DNA of 64,000 nucleotides from Folioceros fuciformis (Eukaryota): NCBI GenBank assembly GCA_049999805.1, contig JBNGIO010006046.1, positions 1 to 64,000 of the forward strand, read 5' to 3'. Shown piece by piece: positions 10,401 to 21,781 of this stretch (position 1 is its first letter; each line of letters starts with the position of its first letter). The notes under the pieces were generated by a model. It saw only the letters and a program-made list of their open reading frames with translations, ran no database searches and was not told where the DNA came from. The position numbers and the translations under genes were made by a program.

Positions 10401-11608
10401 CATCCTTGTTCACTAATTTGTGTATGAAGCTGCTTCCCCGTCTCCAATGCCAGGGTGCCCACACTTGCACATGCCTGCAGGAGGCATACAAATGTGACGG
10501 AATTGGGTACAGCGATGCCCTCTTTTTGCATACCACTGTACAGATGAAGGGCTTTGCGGCCCAGGCCTCGCTGAGAATAGCCCGCAATCAGGGCAGTCCA
10601 AGTCACTACATCTTTCTGATCAAGTCCTTCAAACACTCTTTGAGCATCCTCTAGGCTTCCACACTTTGCGTACATGTTTACCAAACTGTTAGCGACAAAG
10701 ACGTCAAGTTGTTGTCCACGTTGTCTAATTTGCATATGAAGCTCCTTCCCAACGTGCAACGCCTTGGTCCCCAGACTCGCACATGCCTGCAGGAGGCACA
10801 CAAATGTCACGCTATTGGGGGCAACAACGCCTTCTTCTTGCATAGAACGATAGAGGCGAAGGGCTTCATGCCCCAACCGTTGCTGTGCATACCCTGCAAT
10901 CATGGCGTTCCACGTGACTACATTTCTTTGACCGAGTCCATCAAAGACTCTTTGAGCAACCTCCAAGCTGCCACACTTGGCATACATATCCACCAAGGCA
11001 CTGCACACAAACAAATCAAGCTGAATGCCACTGGCCACCATGTCAGCATGCACCTGCTGCCCAGTTTTCAGGTCTAGTCCCCTTGCACAAGCCTGAAGGG
11101 CAGCCACGAAAGCATGACCATCTGCCTTTACTCTTGACCTGCGCATCCTATGATACAGTTCTATGGCCTGCTTGTCTTGTCCACGTTTAACATACGCATA
11201 AATTATGGAAGACCACATGAATGCATCTGGGTTAGCAACCATGGTAAACACATCCATCGCGTGCTGCAATCTGCCATGCAAAGCATACATCCGCAGGATG
11301 TGGTTGCACAGGAACGTGTCTGATTGATAGCCCTGTTTCACAGTGAAAGCATGGACACGGCGGCCCAGAACAAGATCCTTCTCGTCTGCACAACTCTTCA
11401 GGACAGTGTAAAAGAGGGATTTCGAAATGCTGCAGTCTGTCAGCACCAGAATGCCCAATGCCTCAACAGCATTCGGGAGATGGCCCTGACGACACAGGCT
11501 GCTCACGGTCCCCCCTGTTACGCCCCTTTCGAGTCCTGCGGGCGTACCAACCTCAGAATCATCCCACATGCTGCACTTGGAATTCAACATCCACGGACGT
11601 ACTTCCAT
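7472..11608 (-). CDS. PLS-class PPR protein (35 PLS motifs + E1/E2 + WW-type PG box, DYW truncated)
   Basis: Same architecture as 3415-7092, ending LPGQSWWTDMDGLVHSFLVGD. The frame is open to GTG 11665 and the first in-frame ATG is 11608; an upstream exon is possible. Confidence 0.95.
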   Translation of the reverse strand: MEVRPWMLNSKCSMWDDSEVGTPAGLERGVTGGTVSSLCRQGHLPNAVEALGILVLTDCSISKSLFYTVLKSCADEKDLVLGRRVHAFTVKQGYQSDTFLCNHILRMYALHGRLQHAMDVFTMVANPDAFMWSSIIYAYVKRGQDKQAIELYHRMRRSRVKADGHAFVAALQACARGLDLKTGQQVHADMVASGIQLDLFVCSALVDMYAKCGSLEVAQRVFDGLGQRNVVTWNAMIAGYAQQRLGHEALRLYRSMQEEGVVAPNSVTFVCLLQACASLGTKALHVGKELHMQIRQRGQQLDVFVANSLVNMYAKCGSLEDAQRVFEGLDQKDVVTWTALIAGYSQRGLGRKALHLYSGMQKEGIAVPNSVTFVCLLQACASVGTLALETGKQLHTQISEQGCQADMFVASSLVDMYAKCGSVEDAQRVFDGLDKKDVVTWTSLIAGYAQKGMGQEALSRYSTMQHEGMAVPNSVTFVCLLQACANVGVSAFQKGKELHVQIREQGHEADLHVASSLVNMYAKCGSIEDATRVFEELGSRDVGTWNAMISAYSHHSLGREALCLYSDMQEEGIAEPDSLTFVSLLQACANIGTQALETGKELHTEIRERGHEADVLVANSLVNMYAKCGSLEDAQQLFDGLDEKDVVTWTALMAGYTQHGRGQEALRMYQIMLEEGISVPNSVTFVCLLQACAIMGSSALDMGKQLHAQVKGQGQEVEVCVGSSLVNMYAKCGCLEDADRLFERLGQEDEVMWNAMIAAYSQQGMGQEALSLHSVMQERGMAVPDPATFVCLLQACSDLGTLGLHRGKQLHMQIRERGHQADVFVASSLINMYAKCGNLEDAQSVFDGLGMKNVWTWTAMIGGYSQQGMGQEALKLYSAMEEEGIQVPNSVTFVCLLQACASVGTPALDKGRRLHAQIRERELQTDVSMANSLVNMYAKCGSLEDAQRVFDTLAEKDVVTWTGLIGGYSQKGMGEQALHLYKEMQDEGIATPNPVTFVCLLHACAIIGTAALENGKQLHIQIKDHGHQADVYVTNSLINMYAKCGSLRDARRVFDGAGQKDVVMWTTLIAGYSQEGLAQEALYLYNAMQKDGITVTDPLTFVSLLHSCASVAALNLGRQLHSQIEEQGLQADAFVAGSLINMYGKSGSMVEAQQLFDACPERDVVAWSALIAGYACQGDSELVFDLVHKMTERGLQPIGVTFLSVLTVCSHAGLVQNGRDYLDNMTRHYDITPTLEHFTCMVDLLGRAGQLGEALGLVRTMPVQPNAGIWHTLLGACRKWSNVEVGSHAFSEAVKLDNKDAAAYVLMSNIYGLQMRDQAKEMQVMRRKLGAWKLPGQSWWTDMDGLVHSFLVGDKKHVGHLVPHQKAETQGKVETGNF

Positions 11609-12489
11609 ATCCAGAACTCCACCTTCGCCTTCACCTGCCAGGGTTGGGATATTTTCCCCCTGCACTCATCATTTCACAGGACCAGGCACAATTCACTCTT
11701 CCTCAAGCTACTGCCCCACGACACAGTTCAGCATGCAATTCCATGACTCCGTCGCTTATCAAGCGTTGGCTGCAAGGACGAAAGGCCATGGTACACTTCG
11801 AAATGGTTCAAGACTGTGGCAGTGCCCAAGGCCCATCTCGATCAGCACGCAACGGAGTGGAGAAAGGCCATATAAGTGACACACCTTTGCAGGCCCCTTG
11901 CTGTCGAGACTCTCATGGCCATGGGCAAGGATTTTCTGAGATTTATGAAGGACTGTGCTAATTCCCAACACAATCGTCGATGGGTCTCCCCCTTCCTCAG
12001 CGGAGGCCATTGCAAATTTACATCAGAGATTTGCGGGGGAGATTCACATCAGAAAGATAGCTTTCAGGTTAAGTTGTTAAGTTTTTATCGTTACCTATTC
12101 TGACACAGCACAACACTACCGTTGAACCTCCACGTACCTACGGGGAAGACGAGGCGGGATCAGAGGCTGTCCCATGCGTACTGGGACAGCGTACTGGCAC
12201 CAGGCAAACGTGTTTGGAAGGTGAGCTCTGGCAGGGTTGAAAGACTTTCAAGGCGGTCTTCCTAAAGGGGTCAAGCATGCTCCAGCCCATCCATCGGTAA
12301 GATCACGTCTAAACCGCTTGCCCTTCAGAACCGCGGTCGTTTATGGCGAGGTGGAGGTATCTTCACTCAGCCCTATGGAGATATCAATGTGTGGAGGAGG
12401 AGCGTGAAGGATGTGCAAGGAATGGCACTGGAGCAGTAGCATTCCCGTGCTGCCTTCCAGCTTGTCCTTCTCTTGGAACTGTCATCTTG

Positions 12490-13832
12490 ATGGCAATGTC
12501 CACAACTTTTTAAGTTGTGCTCCTCGCCTTCCTGTTTAGTTGGTTGCAGACGCTGGCAAGGACCCAAAGCCTGAGCTGGGTCTTTGTTGGGAACTCTAGC
12601 CTATCCACTTGCTCCTACGGCGTTCACGTCATCAACGCCAGCCGCAATGCGGCCACAAATTATTCTGGATTGCAGGTGGGCATCAACCGCTGCCTCAAAT
12701 TCGATTCAAACGAGTTGTGGGCCGTCGACGACGTCACAAACACTATTCAAATCCAGGACCCCACGAACAGAACGTACTGCCTCGAGGCTTCGTCGCAATC
12801 CGATTGCGAGTGTCACCCAACTGCCTCTGCGCCTCAGTGCTTGCGACGGCCGCATCAGCCAGCAGTGGTTTTTCGACTTTGCTGGAAAGACTGAGAACCG
12901 GGCTCACGGGCTTGGATGGGGCCCCTGTTTACATGGTGGTGGCCGCCCTGTCGACCGAAGGCAACCCGCGGACTCCCGCCTACTACAATCTCGACCTCAG
13001 AAATCTCCCGGCGGCGCCAGGGATAATCCTTTCCTCCCAGCTCACCTTCGTGCCCGTGTCCAGTCTGCGAAACAACTACTCCGATCTCTTTCTCAAGATC
13101 AGGAGAGCAGATCCGTGAAAGAAATTCGAAAAATCTGATCTACAGTGGGGGCTTCGAGCGCTCTACGGTGCTGGGAGCCTGGCCATCTGGTATCAACTCC
13201 ATCAGTCCCCCGCCATATCTCTGCTCCCAGTTGTATTTGTTCGATCAAGAAATCTTCGCCCTTCGCTCACGGGGATCTTCAATCCACCCAAAATGCCCTT
13301 ATGGATTCACAACCGAGCTTCCTGGGGGTCTGCGGGGGGCAACTCCGCTCCGCTGCTTCCCGGCGGTGTTTCCATCATGCAGACCATCCCCACAGAACCC
13401 AACTCTCCTTCCTCCGTGTCCTTCTCCTTGGCTGGGTTTCTGACCCACGACGCCACCTCTGACAGCTACCTTTCTTGTTCCGATGAAACTGGGTATGTGA
13501 CAGTACAGCCGGCGTTCAGTCCGCGGCATTCTCAGTCGATGCATCTAGCACAGACTCCGGCACCATCTGGTTCCGCAAGACCTTGAGCTTCTCCAGCTCC
13601 GGCTCGGCTACGCTCATCTCCTTCAATAGCAACGGCTTTTCACGAACTTGTGGTCCCATCCTGGATGGCGTTGGGGTGATTTTGCCCAGCTCATCGCACC
13701 GCCTTCTGAAGGTGGTAGCGGCGGCGGTTGCCTTATCCGTCTTCGTGGTCCTCGTCATCGCAGCTCTTGTGCTTGCGAACCTAGGGAATGGTCGTCGAGG
13801 ACTTCAATTGGATCCAGTGTAGTGCACAATGA
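12490..13832 (+). pseudogene. Decayed paralogue of the ricin-B/DUF642-like receptor (signal peptide, ectodomain and TM; no kinase)
   Basis: ATG 12490 then TAA at 12511. Frameshifted fragments CSYGVHVINA..RCLKFDSNELW, LSACDGRISQQWFFD, GGFERSTVLGAWP, WIHNRA, SFSLAG, TCGPILDGV and TM VVAAAVALSVFVVLVIAALVLA align colinearly with the 18388 gene. Confidence 0.85.
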
Positions 13833-14575
13833 CACGCCGGCTACCTTCAGGTAGTTTCAGCAGATTGTTTAGGGTTTAGGGTGCACCGCTCACGGCAGGC
13901 TTTGTGTCCTAGAGTTTTCTTGCTTTGGGATCGGGTTGCATGGCGTTGGTAAGTGGTGTGTCCAAGCACTGGCTCCCGCGGTGACGGCGATTCGATTCCG
14001 ACTCTCCTAGCACCTTGGTGTAGTCTGTATGGCAGTATGCGGTGTGACTCCACTACTGCTGTTTGCCTGTCTGATCTTGCCATGGAAGTGCACGGGGATT
14101 CGTCTAGGAGTCTTTGTTGTGTTTTGCAATTGAAAGTAGTTGCTCATGCGGTGGAATAAACACCTCTTCTTCTTGCGGCATGTCTTCTGCGGGATCTCGA
14201 GCTCCGCAGCTGGAGTGATGTGAGGAAGCAAGATCTCAATAATCGTACTGCATGTAAGAATCGACAGCGATCCCTCAGATCGATGCTTGACCGTGCTTGC
14301 GGCACCGGACCATGAGAATTTTGAGGCAACCTGAGCAAACGACATCCAATTGTTCTTCCTCGGTGCTAGGCTTGCTTCGCATGCTTGACAAGCGGCGCTA
14401 GGCTTGCTTCGCATGTTTGACAAGCGTGTGATATGTAGCTTGGTAGAAGTTTCTGTCCAGAGGCAAGCAAAGACAGTCGTAGTCTCCAAACACTTAGAGC
14501 ACCGGTGGAGCATTCACAATGCTTGCAACTAATGTACTATACTTTCTGCACCAGAGAACTCACCTTGGTAGTGTC

Positions 14576-14735
14576 TGTTAGAAACCCATAGGGTTTGTAG
14601 AGTATATATAATATAGTAATATAGGGTAATGTCATAATGGAGATGATATTAATTTTTATTGAGATATTGCTATCCCTTTTAAGTCTACCTATTACTGAAG
14701 CATAGATTGATCTTGGGATTAACTATTTTCTAACA
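14576..14735 (+). repeat. 160-bp LTR of the copia relic
   Basis: TG...CA ends with a perfect 9-bp terminal inverted repeat, immediately followed by a PBS-like sequence. Confidence 0.7.
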
Positions 14736-16084
14736 AGGTATTGGAGCTTAAAGGATCCGGCTAGTAGTTCTTAGCCTTATGCTTGTGAGAACAGTGCAAT
14801 AAGTAAAACTCTTGACATTGTGTTTGTGAGAGTTTGTGTGCAATTGCATAGCTCTTTGCCTTGAGCTCGTAGGAGCTTGTGATGCAATCGCGTAGACATG
14901 GAGGTATGACTCGTAGAGATGTATGAGGTGAAAAAATTTGGAGGCCAAAACTTTAAATTGTGAAAGTGCCCAAACCTTCAAATTGGGAAAGTTCAAGATG
15001 ATGATGCTTTTGGCACAGAAAGACCTTTGGGAAATAGTGTCTGGCACTAAACAGTGCCCCTTTAGAGCCTCTGAGACAACGACGCGGGCGGTCAACAATA
15101 ACAAAGTTTTTGCGACCATTTGCTTTAATTTGGAAGATGCACAATTGATGCACGTGATCTCATGCACTACTGCTAGAGAGGCATGGTAGAAGCTAGAGGC
15201 ACTCTATGTGAACAAGAGTCTTGTGAATAGTTTGTTTTTGAGGCATAAGTTTTCATCCTTCAAATGGCTGATAATGTCATTGAGCATGTGGATAAGGTAA
15301 AGAATTTGTCACAAGAGTTGGCAATAGTTGGAACTCTTGCCACTAAAGATGATTTGGTGATAGACTCTTCTTACTAGTCTCCTGGAGTCATTCAACAACC
15401 TAGTTGTGGCATTGGTATCAAGGCTCGATAGCTTGACTTTTGAGATTCTTGTTAATCAACTTATCCATAAGAACATGAAGAGAAAGAAGAAAGGGAAGTT
15501 GGGTGCAGAATTTGCATTCATAGGCAAGAAGCCACAAAGAGAGCCCCCAGAGCAGGTGGAAAGCACTAATAACTTTGGAGAAGGCTTGAAGGAAAAGATG
15601 CAAACAAGAAGACATGGTGTTGTAGGATTAGGTTGGCTGATTTGCAAAAGAGAAAAGAGTCACAAGCCAATCCAATAAGTAATCAAAGTCTCTTCATGGG
15701 TTCAAATGAAGCCAAGGTACATAAGTGCTCGTCACCAAGAGATGAGAACTTATACCTCGATTCGGAAGCTTCTCAACACTTCACCTACCACCGGCCCTGG
15801 ATGGTATGCTATAAAAAATACCTACGGGGTATGAGGTGACTCTCGAAGATAATCAGTCACACAAGATCAAAGGTAGAAGTATCATTAAAGTTTATCTGCA
15901 CAGTAAAGCGTAGAAAAGTATCATCGGTCATACAAGATCAAATGTAGAGGTATCATGAAAGTTCATCTACGTAGTAAAGCACATAAAAGTATCATCCATA
16001 ATGTGCATAATGTGTCTAGTCTTGCAAGAAATCTTCTAAAGGTTTTAGCATCCAACCTGAGCAACCAGAATCACAGAATGTTAA

Positions 16085-17030
16085 GCTGAGTACTCAAGGC
16101 GTTCAAGATGGCAATTCTTACAAGTTGTGCAAGTTGTGCGCATCTATGGGAGATCAAGCAAGCTCAGTACTCAAGGCATTCAAGATGACAATCTTTACAA
16201 GTTGTGTGTATCTGTAGGAGATCAAGCAAGCTGACTACTCAAGGAGTTCAAGATGGNNNNNNNNNNGATGGCAATCTTTACTACAACTTGTGTGCATCTG
16301 TAGGAGATCAAGCTATCTGACTACTCAAGGCATTCAAGATGGCAATCTTTACAAGTTGTGTGCATCTATAGGAGATCAAGCAAGCTAACTACTTAAGGCA
16401 TTCAAGATGGCAATCTTTACAAGTTGTGTGCATTTGTAGGAGATCAAGCAAGCTGACTACTCAATGCGTTCAAGATGACAATCTTTACAAGTTGTGTGCA
16501 TCTATAGGAGATCAAGCAAGCTAACTACTCAAGCAGTTTGCACATATGTGTTAGAATTACCTAACAAGGTCCCTAGTGGAGTAGAAGTAGAGACGGATCA
16601 AGTTATATTAGAATCACCTAACAAGGTCCCTAGTGGAGTAGAAGTAGAGACGGATCAAGTTGTATTAGAATCACCTAACAAGGTCCCCAATGGAGTAGAA
16701 GTAGAGATGGATCAAGTTGTATTAGAATCACCTAATAAAGTCCCTAGTGAAGTAGAAGTAGAGAAGAGTCAAGCAGCTTGCATAGCTGTGTTGACCAGTG
16801 AAGTAGAAGTAGAGAAGGATCAAATAGCTTGCACAGTTGTGTCAGTGATNNNNNNNNNNGTAGAAGTAGAGAAGGATCAAATAGCTTGCACAGTTGTGTC
16901 AGTGATGTAGAAGTAGAGAAGGATCAAATAGCTTGCACGGTTGTGTCAATGATGTAGAAGTAGAGAAGGATCAAGCAGCTTGCATAGTTTTGTCAGAATC
17001 ACCTAACAAGGTCCCAATGAAGTAAAAGTA
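16085..17030. repeat. Tandem arrays (~59-bp, then 60-bp and 48-bp units) inside the copia relic
   Basis: ACTCAAGGCATTCAAGATGGCAATCTTTACAAGTTGTGTGCATCT..GGAGATCAAGCAAGCT x~8, then GTAGAAGTAGAGA.. units. Two N gaps make copy number uncertain. Confidence 0.9.
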
Positions 17031-17727
17031 GAGACGGCTCCTAGTCTCTGGGAACCTCAGGCAAAAAATTCCTTTATAATTTTGCTAAAGCTTCAAATTT
17101 GCTCGTTTTCATTTCACAAGTCCCAAAATTAGGTCGGTCGATTCCGGCATGTGGGCCAAAATATCCATATTTCTATACGTTGGGCTATTGTTCGGGCTTA
17201 CGGCTAACTGTAATCCACCGGCTCCCTAGCGCAGAATGGGCTTGACGAGATTGAACCTTTACGAGATTGTCTTCCTGCCTGCTGTCCGCCATACCCTGGC
17301 GCTGTGAAAGGCGCCTGAGCGCATTCACGGCGGGCCTTGATTTCGCAACGGGCAGCAGTCGACCCGGTCATTCATGCTCCCTGGCCATCGACTGGTACTG
17401 CCACCACTTGCAACCTGGCTTAGATCATTTTCCTCGTTTTGGCATTATGTCATTGAAGTTTTCTCCACGTCCAGTGTTCAGCCCTAATTTTGGAAAATTT
17501 TAGGTTTGACGTCGGCAACGTTCATCTTACTACGTTTTGCCGGATTATTAGGGAACTTTCCACCTGGAATCTATCTACACATTCTTCATCAACCTATGAG
17601 ATAGCCCAAATGCAAAGATCCATCGATCCTTGTAATCCTTCCGATCTCTCTCCCGCATTTTCCAATCCTTCTCTACTACTTTAGACATCCGCCTCGTGCT
17701 CCTCTTCCTCCCCTTCCTCCTCTTCCT

Positions 17728-17786
17728 TGCAGTCTTCCTCTCTCACATATATTTGTGACAAATATATGTGAGAGAGGAAGACTGCA
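17728..17786. repeat. Perfect 59-bp palindrome (29-bp arms, 1-nt spacer)
   Basis: TGCAGTCTTCCTCTCTCACATATATTTGT-G-ACAAATATATGTGAGAGAGGAAGACTGCA. Confidence 0.9.
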
Positions 17787-18387
17787 CAATTTGTGTTTTT
17801 TTGGGTTCCTGAATCATCGTCTTTTCCTTTTTGGATAGGATAGTCTCCGATCTCCCTCTCGATTCCATCTCTGAGGAATTGAAGGTGGGGAGAGATTCGA
17901 GTCGAGTACGGCAGCTGTGAGACGGGATTTCTTTGCAGACTATGAGAAACTACAAGGCTAGTGCTTGTGATGTATGGACTAAACAACATGCACCAGGTTC
18001 CATCTAGATTCGTGTGGAGTCCAGTAACGGTCCTATATCTTATTACTTCTCCCGTGGTCGTGCGGGAGCCAGCTGACAGACGAAACATGTTCTACCCCCG
18101 GACTAATTCCCACCAGATGTTCGTCTCCAACGAATCTCAAACACTGACTGACGCGCCTATAAGACTTCACCTCGTGCCATCGGCAAAGCGATTGATCTAG
18201 CGTCCACCATCTTTTTAGGTTGGTCTAACAAACCTGGCCAGTTCGAGACAATCCTTGGGACGTTTGCAGAAAGGAAGGAATGTAATACTGTCCGGATATG
18301 CATGGGGTCTGGCTTCACTGTGCTGCATTCGCATTGACGCGCTTGGAACTGCATCGCGAATCGTTTTCTCCTGGTGTGGCCACCTCA

Positions 18388-20891
18388 ATGGCAGCCTCCA
18401 CAGAGTATAACAGAGGAGTGCTGCTCGCCGTCCTAGTGACGTGCTGGTTGCAGACCCTGGGCAGCTGCCAGGGCTTAGGCTGGATCATCTTAGGCTCCAC
18501 CGGCCTGCCTACTTGCTCCTATTGCCTGAATGTCTTGAACGCAAATTCGTACCCGACGTACGTCGGTCTGCAGGTGACCATCTTTCGATGCCTCAAGTTC
18601 GATCGCAACGAGCAGTGGGCCGTGGACAACGCTACCAACACAATTTCGCTTCATGACCCGGCGAACAAGACGCTGTGCGTGGAAGCTGGGTTCCAGTCGG
18701 ACTACAACGGCGGGAATGTCACCCTGCTGCCTCTCCACCTCAGTGCTTGCGACGGCAGCGCCAAGCAGCAGTGGTTTTTCGACTCGGCCGCCAGGACTGT
18801 GAGAAGCGGGATAAAGGGTTCGGACGGGGGCCCTTTGTACATGGTGGCGGGAAATCTGTCGAGCCAGGACACGGCCGCTTACTACAACCTCTACCTCAGC
18901 ACCCTCCAGGTGCCGGGGGTTGTTTCGTCTCAGCTCACGTTTCTGCCTGCGTCCAGTCTGTGGAACGACACCTCCGATTTCTTCCTCAATATGAGGAGTG
19001 CAGATCCCGTGCCCAAGCCGGGAAACTTGATCGACAACGGGGGCTTCGAGCGCACTACGGTTCTGGGGTCCTGGCCTGCTGGAGTCAACTGCTCCCAGTT
19101 CACCACTCCTTGCTCCAAGACGGTTTTCTTCAATTATGAGCTCTTCTCCCTGTGCTCGTGGGCCATCGAAAAGCCGCCGTTGCAGGCCATATGGATTCAC
19201 AACCGAGCTCCGGTCTGGACGGCTGCGGAAGGTAACTCCAGCCTGCTGCTTACCAACGGGTTGACCATCAACCAGAGCTTCCCCACAGAACCCGACTCCA
19301 TGTACCTGCTTTCTTTCTCCTTGGCTGGGTATGTCTCGCCCGCCGTCGCAACCGACACCTACGTGCGTTGCTTCAATCAGTCAGGATACGTGACTGTAAC
19401 AACGGACGGCCCCAAGTTCTGGTCATTCGAAGTGGATCAACCCAGCCCAGAAGGAATCACCTTGTGGTTCAACAAGACCTTGGCCTTCACCAGCTCAGGC
19501 TCGGCTACAGCCATCTCCTTTACGAGCGTCGGGTTTTCAGGAACGTGTGGCGCCGTCATAGATGCCGTCCGCGTGACCACCTATATCCCCCCTCCTTCAT
19601 CGCACAGCCACAAGAAAGTGGTCGGGGCAACAGTTGGCTCATCCCTCTTCGTGGCACTCGTTCTCTTCGTGGCACTTCCTCTTGTGCTTTGGAGACAACG
19701 AATGTCCCGTCCGGAAGTCTGCTTGGATCCTCACGCAGTGCACAATGTTCGAATTTTCTCCTACAGCGAGATCCAGAAGGCCACGGCCGGTTGGAGCACG
19801 GTGATAGGGGAAGGAGGATTCAGCACAGTTTACAAGGCAGAGTTCTCGGACGGACTGGTCGGAGCAGTAAAAGTGGAGAAACACCGCCCCCTTAAACTCT
19901 CGCTCTTCGTCCAAGAGGTGACTCTGCTGCAACAAGTCCATCACAGAAATCTGGTCAACCTCCTGGGATTCTGTGCGACCAGAGGTTTGTATCACCACCA
20001 TACATGCTTGCTCTCCTCTGAAAGTTATTCCGTGCCAGACATCTGGCTATCATGTAGGTACGGTTTGCTCCACTCCATTCCTTTCCGCACTTGTCTGTGA
20101 CGCTCAACCTGCAGTACTTCTCAAATTTGTCAGGTCATCGAGTTCTTGTGTTTGAGTATCTCCCCAACAAAACCCTGTACCAAAGGCTGCATCCTCGTGA
20201 GAAAGATGAGGAGGACAACGCCATGCTGCCTTGGGACACTCGGATGAAAATCATTTACGAAGTTGCTTGCGCTCTCGAGTATCTGCATCACGGTACCAGC
20301 CCTCCAGTTGTGCATCGGGACATCAAGTCAGCCAACATCTTGCTCACGGCTACTGATTCCGCCAAGCTTGCTGACTTCGGGCTGTCCAAGGCTGCACCGC
20401 CCGGTGCTACCTCCTTCCAGTCTGTCAACACCTTGGTCAGGGGCTCCCTGGGTTACTTGGACCCCAAGTATGTGCGGACTGGAGTGTACTCTCCCAAGAG
20501 CGACGTGTACAGCTTTGGAGTGGTGGTGCTGGAGACAGTCAGTGGCTACCCAGCCATCAAGGACATGGACCTCCTTTCATACTGGGCTGCCGACTGTCTG
20601 TCTGACCCGTTCCGTGCCTCTGAGATAGTCGACAAGCGCCTTTGTGGAGAGTTAGATGATGCAGATCTTCACATCCTGATCGACCTCGTCAAGATGTGTC
20701 TTCAAGAGGACTCCGACCTAAGGCCCACCATGCAGCAGGTATTGTCATTCCTGGCCGATTCGCACTTCAGCGGATTCCCTTCTCCACAAATGGCGCCCAT
20801 CCCTGATGCACTCCCAAGGACGCCATCAAGTATCGAAACACCGGTGAAATATGCGTACAGTTCCTCAATGTCTTTTTCCTCCTCCAGCTGA
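18388..20891 (+). CDS. Receptor-like Ser/Thr kinase (RLK/Pelle, RD type) with ricin-B-like lectin and DUF642/galactose-binding-like ectodomain; 2 exons (18388-19984, 20134-20891), ~784 aa
   Basis: Signal peptide; ricin QxW repeats (CLNV..C..NEQW, LCVE..LSACDGSAKQQWFF); DUF642-like NLIDNGGFE..QSFPT..YLLSFSLAG..CGAVIDAV; TM helix; kinase motifs GEGGFSTVYKA, AVK, HRDIKSANILL, DFGLSK, GYLDP, SDVYSFG. A GT-AG intron 19985-20133 joins the two ORFs in frame. Confidence 0.93.
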
Positions 20892-21781
20892 TGTAATGGA
20901 GTGACCGACAAAGTCCAGTGGCAACTGCGTAGCAAGAGATTCGGTGAGGTGAGCATCAGTTTGCATAGACTGGCCATCTTTGTTCAGACTACTTGCAATT
21001 GAAGATAGCTGGGCACATGACACAACACTGAAGACGCCCGTGCGGATTCCCTGTAGATGTGGACAGTGGTGTGTAGGCATGCACAGTCTGATGGATTGGG
21101 AAATTGCCTGACTCAGATCGCCTGTCTAATTTATGTAACAGCCTAGCTTAGCCTGAAGAGATCACCAATTGAAACTGTGTTGAATCTGCAAAGACGTCCC
21201 TTGACGTCCTCGAAGTCACTCTAATTTGGAATCAGGAAGCGGGCTTCCCCCTTCACCACTGCGATGGGCCCCTCATTTGCAAATTCAGCCCCGAGCCTCC
21301 TATGTCATATATCCACTCAATGGCAAAATGCATGCACAACCACACATTGCACCGTTGCACATTTCTTGCAGTGGGGGGGGAGACCTCTCCAGGGATGGAA
21401 CATTCGGGGGAGAAAGGGGAGAGGGTGATCAAACATTGGGTTGGATTCGAGAACTCGGGTCGAACACGAAAATGGTCGGACAGAAAGCGGGGCAGGATGA
21501 GACTGCTCATTTCGCGAATGTTTGATTGGGTACTCGTTCCGATTTCGGAGGTGATTCCCCTGGCTGCCATCCAGGGCCCATCCCGCTCGAGTTGGAGAGG
21601 GCCCACTCTGAATGGAGTCGCACATGGATCAATTGTCTGGGCCTTTCCCTTTGGAATTACGATCTCGGCATGCGGGCCTTTTCTGACAATCACTTCTCAC
21701 CATTTCGTGACGCTTTCCTGTCGTCCACCGAGATAAAAAGTCAGAATTCTGGATCAAGCCCCTGCTGGCATCTTCAGGCAT

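Larger units (their letters stand above)
14576..17040 (+). mobile_element. Degenerate Ty1/copia LTR retrotransposon (5' LTR, gag and protease remnants)
   Basis: LTR 14576-14735 bounded by TGTTAGAAA...TTTCTAACA; PBS-like AGGTATTGGAGC (cf. tRNA-Met TGGTATCAGAGC); gag-like KFKMMMLLAQKDLWEIV and AREAW*KLEALY; protease LYLDSEASQH; many stops. No 3' LTR or RT seen. Confidence 0.8.

Noticed and set aside
3900-11750. Many short ORFs overlapping the PPR genes
   Set aside because: Antisense or alternate-frame shadows of repetitive coding sequence
13860-14570. Minus-strand EEEVFIPPHE resembling senescence regulator S40
   Set aside because: Lacks the downstream GRTLKGRD motif and is bounded by stops
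16085-16530. CRISPR-like regular repeats
   Set aside because: Head-to-tail units without unique spacers, inside a retroelement relic in a eukaryotic genome
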